This document shows, one piece after another, positions 1-8,097 of a stretch of DNA of 64,000 bases. A program made the position numbers and the translations under genes. Position 1 is the stretch's first letter; each line of letters opens with the position of its first letter. This DNA is from an uncultured archaeon (GTDB lineage: Archaea; Asgardarchaeota; Lokiarchaeia; Sigyniarchaeales; SOKP01), in assembly GCA_964508365.1 (NCBI GenBank), contig CAZDTP010000013.1, positions 1,669 through 65,668 of the forward strand, in the 5' to 3' direction. The notes below the pieces were generated by a model, which ran no database searches, was not told the origin of the DNA, and worked only from the letters and a program-made list of their open reading frames with translations.

Positions 1-375
1 CCGATTCTTTAGTTCTTCTCTTTTAATGCCAATTGTTTCGTTAATTTCCTTGAATTTATTTCGACTTTCCTGAATTTTAGTTTCCAATTCTTGGCGATTT
101 CTCGCTAATTCTGCATTATCTTCCTCGAACTTAACTATGTCTCGTTGACTTTGGGAAATTTTGTTTTTAAAGGTGTTTATTTTTTCATTATTGGATTCGA
201 CTGTTTTTACCAATAAATTTTTACCATCTTCGTATTTTTCCAGTGATTCAAGGATTTTTTCGGGTTGCATTCTTAATTTAGGAATATAATCGCTGTTGAT
301 CCCACTAATATCAACAATTACAGAAGCCATTTTCTTTAGTGATGTTTTAGCATCTAATAACGGTGTTTCACTCAC
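1..375 (-). CDS. Coiled-coil protein, 5' part (runs off the window start)
   Basis: Hand translation from GTG at 375: MSETPLLDAKTSLKKMASVIVDISG...KISQSQRDIVKFEEDNAELARNRQELETKIQESRNKFKEINETIGIKREELKNR, open to position 1. Heptad-like E/K/Q-rich sequence; AAGGTGA RBS just upstream. Not in the ORF track. Confidence 0.75.
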   Translation of the reverse strand, partial: MSETPLLDAKTSLKKMASVIVDISGINSDYIPKLRMQPEKILESLEKYEDGKNLLVKTVESNNEKINTFKNKISQSQRDIVKFEEDNAELARNRQELETKIQESRNKFKEINETIGIKREELKNR

Positions 376-498
376 ATTAAATTCACCTTATTATCTCAAA
401 TATAAATATAATTTATGTATAGAGCACGCATTATTAAATTTGTATTTTTCAATATTGTTAACTATTTAAGACTAAAACAAAAGAATAACTCAAAAAAA

Positions 499-1338
499 TT
501 ACATATCTTTTGAGATTTCCTTTAAAAACCTTGAAGATTGAAGGGTCATATCAATACTTCTTCTTCTCATAACCGTGTTTAGATTCTCTATTAACTTTTC
601 GGTAAAATACTTGAAATCAAAATGAGTTGCAGGATTAATGCGATAATAACTTTTTAAAAAGAGGTTAATTAATTCAATTTTTGATTTAGGATAATTTATT
701 TCAAATACTCCAGGATTTGTATCAAGCAAAGAACAGCATATCCAGGCTATATCATCTATATGATTTCCCACATAAGAATCTTCAAAATCTAATCCAATTA
801 TTTTATTGTCTGAAGGATTATATATAAAATCTCTTAACCGTGTATCGCCTTTATTTAATACTTTCACATGCGAATGCTGTTTATCTTCTATTATATTAGT
901 TATATGGAGTTTACTTAACCAATTGGCTAATTTATCTATACACATCAAAAGTTCTTTCTTAGTATTAGTGTCTAAGCTGTCTAAATCAGCAACTTCTAAT
1001 AATCTATCGTTAATGAAGTCGCATAAATTGATACCTTCTATCTTTTCAAGTATCAGATACGGTTTTTTAAAAAATATAATATTAGGAACTAGAATTTCTT
1101 GCTCGTAAAGTTGCTTTAGTGTATCATACTCAAGATCAGCATTATCATTTCTGAAGATTTTAATTACCACTTCTTTAGGTAATGATTCTGTCTTTCTATT
1201 AAAAGTCAAACTTATAACTATATTTTTTTTACTCTGGAATTGAGATAAAATGAAATGGTTAAACTTATCAATAAACTCTGGGAAATCTTCTTTAAGATCA
1301 ACTATTAGGTCTTTCCGTATTTTTAAAAGCTCCAACAT
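499..1338 (-). CDS. Atypical protein-kinase-like / phosphotransferase (APH/RIO-like fold)
   Basis: VVIKIF lysine motif, LILEKIEG hinge, KGDTRLRDF catalytic-loop variant, LDFED metal-binding motif. Confidence 0.7.
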   Translation of the reverse strand: MLELLKIRKDLIVDLKEDFPEFIDKFNHFILSQFQSKKNIVISLTFNRKTESLPKEVVIKIFRNDNADLEYDTLKQLYEQEILVPNIIFFKKPYLILEKIEGINLCDFINDRLLEVADLDSLDTNTKKELLMCIDKLANWLSKLHITNIIEDKQHSHVKVLNKGDTRLRDFIYNPSDNKIIGLDFEDSYVGNHIDDIAWICCSLLDTNPGVFEINYPKSKIELINLFLKSYYRINPATHFDFKYFTEKLIENLNTVMRRRSIDMTLQSSRFLKEISKDM

Positions 1339-1556
1339 TTAACTCTAAGAATAATTCGATGAGTATACCATATTGGTTTATGGAAATCTGTAAATTAAGT
1401 TATTATTATTAAATATAAAAGATAAATTTCTCTGTTCCCATACTCAAAAATTAAAATCTAAGCTTTTAAATTTTGTGAAGATGTTCGTGTTAAGGAATAT
1501 ATGGTTTATTATTAATTATCAGAGTAACAAATAAAAGAATACATTTTATAGATAAT

Positions 1557-2447
1557 ATGATGAATTCTCAACAAAAAAAATATAAACTTGGAATTTTCTA
1601 TGGTCCAGATCCGGATACAGTAATGCTAGCGCAAAAATTCGTTGGAAACCTAATAAATGACGATCAATTTTGTAAAGCGTGTGAATTACTAGAAAAAGAT
1701 GTCAAATGCGATAAATGTAGAGAACATTTAGGTAATTTTTCTAGTTCGATTTACTTTTACGATATGATAGGAGAAGATGTACCCGATTTTATTGAAGACC
1801 CTGAAGATTATTTACCGAAAACCTTGCCTCAAGTAGATTTTTTATTAGTAGTTGGGATTCATCAAGATTTACTCTCCGGGTTACCAGAATACTTAAAGGA
1901 TAAGAATATTAAAGCTATATTTATTCCAATTGAAAACCCAAAGTGGGTCCAACCTGGTTTACAGGTGCAAGTGTTAAAAGATTTTGAGAAATTTGGAATA
2001 CAAGCAGCGTTTCCAAAACCATTTTGTGCTCTAAGTAAAGAATTGAATGAATATAATAAAGTAGGTTTCAACATTACAGAGGAGCGGGACAATATAATAG
2101 AATTTATTGAACACTATAAAATAGGAGAACCTATTGTATCGTTATTATTATCCGATGACGGTAAATCAATTCAAAAGACATGCGTTCTTCAAAGTGCACC
2201 GTGCGGATCTTCATATTTTGTGCTCCAGCAACTAAAAGCTAAATATATTGAAAATGGAGAGCTAAGTCTAAACGAAAGAATTAGTAAGGCTCATCATTCA
2301 TATCCTTGTAATGCATCAATGGATCAAGATGCAATACTGAAAGACTCTATTCTCCATGTCGGAGGCTATTTGATAAGAAACGCTGTTAGAAGAGAATTAG
2401 GTCTCGAAGAGCAGGAAGGTCAAAAATTAGTCTATATTGTCAAATAA
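1557..2447 (+). CDS. DUF166 family protein (archaeal, sometimes annotated as thymidylate synthase)
   Basis: GIHQDL, FPKPFC, VLQSAPCGSS and HHSYPCNASM motifs recalled for this family; N-terminal CxxC..CxxC. Confidence 0.7.
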   Translation: MMNSQQKKYKLGIFYGPDPDTVMLAQKFVGNLINDDQFCKACELLEKDVKCDKCREHLGNFSSSIYFYDMIGEDVPDFIEDPEDYLPKTLPQVDFLLVVGIHQDLLSGLPEYLKDKNIKAIFIPIENPKWVQPGLQVQVLKDFEKFGIQAAFPKPFCALSKELNEYNKVGFNITEERDNIIEFIEHYKIGEPIVSLLLSDDGKSIQKTCVLQSAPCGSSYFVLQQLKAKYIENGELSLNERISKAHHSYPCNASMDQDAILKDSILHVGGYLIRNAVRRELGLEEQEGQKLVYIVK

Positions 2448-2664
2448 TCTCATTTAGTTTAGAAATTAAATATAAGGTTATAATTTATAATTAATAATAA
2501 GAAAAGGAGCTTGAGTTTAAACTCCAAATATTACAAGATAAATAAAACTCTTACTTCTCACATAATTCAAATAGTTAAACAACTCAATTTAGCGGTTTTG
2601 ACTGACATTAACCTCTTTTTATTATATAATATAAAGCTTTTTAGATACATCGTATTTACATTAC

Positions 2665-4827
2665 TTGGTGATTGATATCATTACTCAGTGTACAAATACT
2701 CTCTGTATAGACGAAGAAATGGAGAAAGAAGAGGAATCGCTTTTCGAAGAAAAATTCTGGTTTTTCATCATACCTTCCGCATTATTACTTGGAATTTCAA
2801 TATTTTTAGAATTTTTTACTGATGCTGTATTATTAAGCCAAACCTTAGCAGTGGCTTCAATATTACTTTCATGTTATGGAATCCTAAGCGAAGCTATAAA
2901 AGACATTCTTGCTAAAAGGATTACTGCGAACATTCTAATGTTGGTTGCAGGCATCGCCTCTTTTTTTATTTTACACGGTCAGGAAGGAGCAATGGCAGTA
3001 TTATTGTATGCAATTGCAGAATATTTAGAAGAATTAACTACAGATAAATCAAAGAATGCTATCAAGGAACTACTTGAATTAGCTCCTGACGAGGCTTTAT
3101 TAAAATCTGCAGAAGGTTATATATTGGTTCCTACTAAAGAGATAAAAGTGGGTGACATTGTTGGAATTAAACCCGCGATGAAAGCCCCAATCGACGGGAA
3201 AATAATAAAAGGTGAATCATACTTTAATGAGAGTGCAATAACGGGTGAATCTCTTCCTGTTTTTAAGAGTGTTAGCGATGAGATATACGCAGCAAGTATC
3301 AATAGCGATAGTTTCGTTGATATAGAGGTTACAAGAGAAAGTTCAAACACGGTAGTGGCAAAAATTGCTGAAAGTATTAAACTAGCTCAACAAAATAAAA
3401 GTGATAGCGAACGATTTATAGAAAAATTTGCCAGGTACTATACACCAATAATATTAATTAGCTCGCTTCTCGTTATGATCATACCAACATTATTGTTTGG
3501 CTTAGATTTTAATCAATGGTTCTATCGAGGATTAATTCTATTAGTTGTATCTTGTCCTTGTGCTCTCACATTATCCACTCCTCTAGCGAATATAGCCGCT
3601 CTGACGAAGTTAGCAAAAGAAGGTATTCTTGTTAAAGGTAATAAATTTATTGAAAAAGCGAAAAATATCGAATTAATAGCTTTTGATAAAACTGGGACAC
3701 TCACCGAGGGTAATTTGAAAGTCTTTGAAATTTTCGAGTATGCTTTAAATAAAGAGGAGATTATAAAATTAGCTGCCAGTTTAGAAACACTCTCAGAGCA
3801 CCCTATTGGAAAGGCTATAGTTTCGCAAGCAACACAAATGAATTTATCTTTATATCCGGTGGAGTCATTTAAGGTAATAAAAGGAAAAGGTATCAAGGGA
3901 GAAATTCAAGGAAATTTTTATTATGTTGGTAGTAAGAAATTTTTTGAAGACCAAAAATTTAACTTCTCTGGAGAACCTTTAAATGAAGTTGAATTGTCTG
4001 GAACAATTCCGATATTACTGGGTCAGAATTCAACCATATTAGGAGTTATCACCATTAGAGATGTCCTAAGAGTATCTGCTCCGCTTTTAGTAGACGGATT
4101 AAAAAAAAGGGGTTTTAAGTCAGCGATGATTTCTGGAGATAATCAGAAAGTATGCAATACAATCGGGGCGTGTTTAGATCTAGATTCTTCTTATGGTGAG
4201 CTACTGCCGGATCAAAAATTAGAGGAAATAAAAGATTTAAAGAAAAAATACAAAGGAGTTGCCATGGTAGGGGATGGAATAAATGATGCTCCTGCTCTTG
4301 CCACATCGGATCTTGGAATTGCAATTGGTGCTTCAGCAACTGATTTAACCTTAGAAACTGCAGATGTAATTGTAATGAGCGATGATTTGAAGAAAATATT
4401 GACATTTTTTGATATTTCAAAGAAGACCAATAGAATCATAAGGCAAAACATTTGGACATCAATTATTATCAAAGTGATGTTTGCGATTTTAACCGTTTTT
4501 GGCTTAATGACTCTGTGGCTTGCTGTTGGAATAGGCGATATGGGTGTTTCTCTACTAGTCTTAATAAATGGAATGACAATATTCAGATATAGGACGAAAT
4601 TTAAAGAAATTTCTATAGAACATTTGGAAAGTGATGCGAAAACTATTATTTGCAAAACTTGTGAAACTAAAAACATTATACCCCAACATCATGGACGCGA
4701 TATGATTGAAAAAGAAGGTAAATTAATATGTTGGAGAAAATTGTTTAGTAATGACGATTTAGAACCGTGCGAAGAAGAACTACCTCTCTTTTGCCCAAAA
4801 TGTGAAAACAATTTAGAAGTTGTTTAG
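2665..4827 (+). CDS. Heavy-metal-translocating P1B-type ATPase (Zn/Cd/Co-like) with C-terminal Cys/His domain
   Basis: TGES, SCPC transmembrane motif, DKTGT phosphorylation site, SEHP, GDGINDAP. True start may be GTG 2668 or ATG 2719. Confidence 0.93.
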   Translation: MVIDIITQCTNTLCIDEEMEKEEESLFEEKFWFFIIPSALLLGISIFLEFFTDAVLLSQTLAVASILLSCYGILSEAIKDILAKRITANILMLVAGIASFFILHGQEGAMAVLLYAIAEYLEELTTDKSKNAIKELLELAPDEALLKSAEGYILVPTKEIKVGDIVGIKPAMKAPIDGKIIKGESYFNESAITGESLPVFKSVSDEIYAASINSDSFVDIEVTRESSNTVVAKIAESIKLAQQNKSDSERFIEKFARYYTPIILISSLLVMIIPTLLFGLDFNQWFYRGLILLVVSCPCALTLSTPLANIAALTKLAKEGILVKGNKFIEKAKNIELIAFDKTGTLTEGNLKVFEIFEYALNKEEIIKLAASLETLSEHPIGKAIVSQATQMNLSLYPVESFKVIKGKGIKGEIQGNFYYVGSKKFFEDQKFNFSGEPLNEVELSGTIPILLGQNSTILGVITIRDVLRVSAPLLVDGLKKRGFKSAMISGDNQKVCNTIGACLDLDSSYGELLPDQKLEEIKDLKKKYKGVAMVGDGINDAPALATSDLGIAIGASATDLTLETADVIVMSDDLKKILTFFDISKKTNRIIRQNIWTSIIIKVMFAILTVFGLMTLWLAVGIGDMGVSLLVLINGMTIFRYRTKFKEISIEHLESDAKTIICKTCETKNIIPQHHGRDMIEKEGKLICWRKLFSNDDLEPCEEELPLFCPKCENNLEVV

Positions 4828-5154
4828 CTTATCTATTCTTTTTCAAGTTTTAAAAAAAATTATTTATGTCGACAAAACCTTAAGGTAGTGACCAAGGATT
4901 ATAAGGGCGCCAAACCTTTCTTTCGGGCTCCTCATACTCTTTATCCTGATTGTCCTTTTTATTGTTTTTAGTCAAATAAAATTTTACTTTTTTCCAGCAC
5001 ATAAAAATACTCAAAAGTTAAAAATTTTTGTTAATATAAAAAAACACACTGACCGACAATTTTTAGTACTTTAAGAAATCTTTAATAATAAATTTATGAG
5101 CTAATATTTTCATTAAATAGAATTTTTTCAATAGAAATTTCGATATTACTTAAA

Positions 5155-5274
5155 TGCGGGAAGGGAGATTCGAACTCCCGGACCCCTACGGGACTGGATT
5201 CCAGTGATTAATTAAAGACTAAAATCAATCAATTTCTGAGTCCAGCGCCTTTGACCAAACTTGGCAATTCCCGC
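5155..5274 (-). tRNA. tRNA-Leu(CAG) with 35-nt intron
   Basis: Minus strand: acceptor stem GCGGGAA/TTCCCGC plus discriminator A; D-arm GCCAAGTTTGGTCAAAGGC; anticodon stem CTGGA/TCCAG with CT-CAG-A; long variable arm TCCCGTAGGGGT; T-arm GGGAG-TTCGAAT-CTCCC; CCA not encoded. Confidence 0.95.
5199..5234 (-). other. tRNA intron (35 nt; either 5200-5234 or 5199-5233, same mature tRNA)
   Basis: 42 nt lie between the anticodon-stem arms instead of 7. Internal 9-bp stem TGATTGATT/AATTAATCA; central helix UCAG/CUGG. Confidence 0.9.
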
Positions 5275-5468
5275 ATTTATTTAATAATTAAATATTATAA
5301 ATATACCTAAATTTTAAGATTAAAAAATATAATTGTATGAAATTTTTATACCTTGTGAACTTTATTCCTTCCTTTAGCCTTTTATCATTATTTAAAATTA
5401 ACAAAAATCCTAAGGTTCATATATATTAGAATTTTTTACTTCGGTAGGTAATTGAAGGATTATTAATT

Positions 5469-6263
5469 ATGCCGAAAGTAAAAGTAAATACAATGAATAT
5501 TTATTATGAGATTTATGGTACTGGCTCTCCTTTATTAATGATCCTTGGTTTAGGAGCTAATATTACTTGGTGGGGTAAGTATTTCATCAAAGGATTAGCA
5601 GATTATTTCAAAGTGATTGTGTTTGATAATAGAGGAACGGGACAATCTAGCAATCCTAAATCTCAATATACCGTCAGAGAATTAGCAGATGATGCATATA
5701 ATGTATTGAAAGCTTTAAATATTGAAAATACTTTTGTATTCGGGCATTCAATGGGAGGAGGTATTGCTCAAGAATTAGCAATTAATTATAGTGGTATAAC
5801 TAAACTAATTTTATGTAATTCTAATTGTGGGAGATCAAAATCTATTTTAGCATCTCCGGATGTTTTACAAATAATTGATAAAACGACATCGGGGAGAGCC
5901 CCAATTGAAATTGCCAAGGAAAGCTTAAGAATATTTTATTCACCTGAATTTATAAAGAATCATCCTAAACTTATTGATTACGCTGTTCAGAACATGGCTA
6001 AAAGCCAAATGCTTCCAAGAAATTACGAATGGCAGAGGAACGCAATTAAATCGTTTAAAACCTGCGATAGATTAAAAAATATTAAAATTCCAACTATTAT
6101 CATGCATGGCGCGAAAGATGTATTGATACCACCACAAAACGCCAAAATTCTCGCTGACTTAATCCCTAACGCCCATATAAAGATGTTTGCTGAAAGTGCT
6201 CATGCTCCCTATGTGGAAGAACCAGATGCAGTTATAGAAGCGATAGTTGAATTCCTCCTATAA
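5469..6263 (+). CDS. Alpha/beta fold hydrolase (enol-lactonase/esterase-like)
   Basis: FDNRGTGQS, nucleophile elbow GHSMGG, HGAKD acid, SAH histidine. Confidence 0.9.
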   Translation: MPKVKVNTMNIYYEIYGTGSPLLMILGLGANITWWGKYFIKGLADYFKVIVFDNRGTGQSSNPKSQYTVRELADDAYNVLKALNIENTFVFGHSMGGGIAQELAINYSGITKLILCNSNCGRSKSILASPDVLQIIDKTTSGRAPIEIAKESLRIFYSPEFIKNHPKLIDYAVQNMAKSQMLPRNYEWQRNAIKSFKTCDRLKNIKIPTIIMHGAKDVLIPPQNAKILADLIPNAHIKMFAESAHAPYVEEPDAVIEAIVEFLL

Positions 6264-6370
6264 GTTCTCCATTAATTAGTATACTCCACATTAATTTTTA
6301 TACCAGAAATTATAATATTATATTAATCTTAATTTAAAGTATAGTAAAAAAGCGTTTTTAAGTTAGAAAA

Positions 6371-7111
6371 ATGTCAAATGAAGAACCTCAAAAGAGTAAT
6401 GGCAAGGACAACGAAGACCTTCCTCGAAGAAAGGTTCAAACAATTACGGTATATCAGTTCAACGATGAAGTAGGAGATTTCGAAGAACTCATTATGGATC
6501 CTGATATAAAATTGCATGATTTATTGGATGATGATTTTATCCTTTTGTTTGTTGATCCCCAGCATAATAGAGTTTGGTTGTGGCATGGACATAACACGAC
6601 AACTCGAATGAAATTCATCGCAGCAAAAACAGCACCTTCAATTCGGGACAAACACGGTATTGCTTTTAAGCTCACAGCAGTTAACCAAGACGACGAGTCC
6701 CAAGGCTTTAAAGTGATGCTTGGTCTAGAGCAAGAATTAGATTACGAAAAAGGTCAAACTGGACCCGCGTATGAAGGTACAAAAGAAGATCTTGAACTTC
6801 TGAAAACTTTATCATTAGAAAAAATACTTCTACTCCTCGAAAAAGCTGGAGTTCCTGAGGGATTGGAGCGAAAAATGGTTATCGTGAAAAATCAAATCTA
6901 TGGATATCGAGAATATGATCGAAATTACTTAGGCTCAGTAATTAAGGAAAAGCAACTTTTCCCTTTAAAAGAAGAAATTGAGGATGGAGCCTATTTGGCA
7001 GATAATTATATCCCTAGAATGCTTTTTTCATATAATAATGTAGTTTTAATAGAATTATTAGAAAAAATCGAAATAGATGATAGTATACAAAAGAAATCAT
7101 TGAAAGATTAG
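6371..7111 (+). CDS. Gelsolin-like domain protein (one gelsolin repeat plus C-terminal extension)
   Basis: LDDDFILLFVD...RVWLWHGHNTTTRMKFIAAKTA matches the gelsolin repeat pattern (xxFILD...I(W/Y)xWxG.....xx.A...A). Confidence 0.7.
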   Translation: MSNEEPQKSNGKDNEDLPRRKVQTITVYQFNDEVGDFEELIMDPDIKLHDLLDDDFILLFVDPQHNRVWLWHGHNTTTRMKFIAAKTAPSIRDKHGIAFKLTAVNQDDESQGFKVMLGLEQELDYEKGQTGPAYEGTKEDLELLKTLSLEKILLLLEKAGVPEGLERKMVIVKNQIYGYREYDRNYLGSVIKEKQLFPLKEEIEDGAYLADNYIPRMLFSYNNVVLIELLEKIEIDDSIQKKSLKD

Positions 7112-7121
7112 ATGCTTGAAA

Positions 7122-7274
7122 ATGAGTGCAAATAGGTCAAATCAAAACATTAGACACAGAACCTATATAAAAAAAAAACAAAGAAGACTTACGAGGAATT
7201 CATTAATAATAATAGCTATATTATTTCTTAGCGTTATTATAAGTATCGTCATAACAATTATCGCATTACCTTAA
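7122..7274 (+). CDS. Small (50 aa) tail-anchored membrane protein
   Basis: Hand translation MSANRSNQNIRHRTYIKKKQRRLTRNSLIIIAILFLSVIISIVITIIALP*. ATG lies 11 nt after the upstream stop; below the ORF-track size cut-off. Confidence 0.55.
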   Translation: MSANRSNQNIRHRTYIKKKQRRLTRNSLIIIAILFLSVIISIVITIIALP

Positions 7275-7342
7275 TTTTGTTAGTAATTGTTACCTACATT
7301 CGTAGATTAATTAAATCACTCTAAATTATTTTTTCTTGAAAA

Positions 7343-8068
7343 ATGAAAATAAAACGAATGGATTTTATATTCTTTATTATTTTAGGGATAATTACAATAA
7401 TCTCTATAGATTTTATAATAAATGAACCTCATCGCGTTTTTATTGAAAATATTTCTAGTATCCCTCCATTTCAAGATCTCGCTTCAGGGTTATTAATAAC
7501 ATTTTTAGTGTGTTTAATTGGGAATTTATTACCAATTCCCACCCCTTATACATTTGTGGTATGTTTTAGCTCGTTACCATTTCTTCAAACAAATCTTTTA
7601 ATTCCCGTAATTGTAGCACTTATAGCTAGTTTAGGAAGTTTAGTCGGAGAACTAGGAGGATATTTTGTTGGAAGAGGCGTTTCTGCATTTATTTCTGAGG
7701 AACAGAGTCAGAATTTGAAAAAATATCAAAAATTCTTAATTGAACATCCAAAAACTGCTCCTTTCATGATTTTTTTATTTGGTTTTACTCCCTTAAATGA
7801 TGATTTCATAATAATACCTCTAGGAATTATTAAATATAGTTTATTAAAGACAATTTTTTGGTGTTGGTTGGGCAAGTTGAGTTTGATGTTAGTATTTTCG
7901 TATAATATTATAAACATTTGCAGTCTTCTAGGAGGGGAAAATTGGATTTTAAGTATTATTTCAATGTATTTGATTACGATTATACTATATATAATTATAA
8001 AAATAGACTTGTTAGAATCTTATAACAAGCTCATAGAGAATTTTTGTAAAAAAAGGGAAAAAAGCTAA
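7343..8068 (+). CDS. DedA/VTT-domain membrane protein
   Basis: Multiple TM segments, LGSLVGELGGYFVGRG, FTPLNDDFIIIPLG. Confidence 0.75.
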   Translation: MKIKRMDFIFFIILGIITIISIDFIINEPHRVFIENISSIPPFQDLASGLLITFLVCLIGNLLPIPTPYTFVVCFSSLPFLQTNLLIPVIVALIASLGSLVGELGGYFVGRGVSAFISEEQSQNLKKYQKFLIEHPKTAPFMIFLFGFTPLNDDFIIIPLGIIKYSLLKTIFWCWLGKLSLMLVFSYNIINICSLLGGENWILSIISMYLITIILYIIIKIDLLESYNKLIENFCKKREKS

Positions 8069-8097
8069 TTTCTCCATTTAATAATATTTTGAATGAT

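Noticed and set aside
2513-2524. Perfect 12-bp palindrome GAGTTTAAACTC upstream of the metal ATPase
   Set aside because: Could be an operator, but it is a single AT-rich instance, about 140 nt from the start, with no regulator gene nearby
4810-4820. 11-nt match (AATTTAGAAGT) between the ATPase 3' end and the uppS insertion
   Set aside because: Short AT-rich match inside coding sequence with no accompanying hairpin arm; expected by chance
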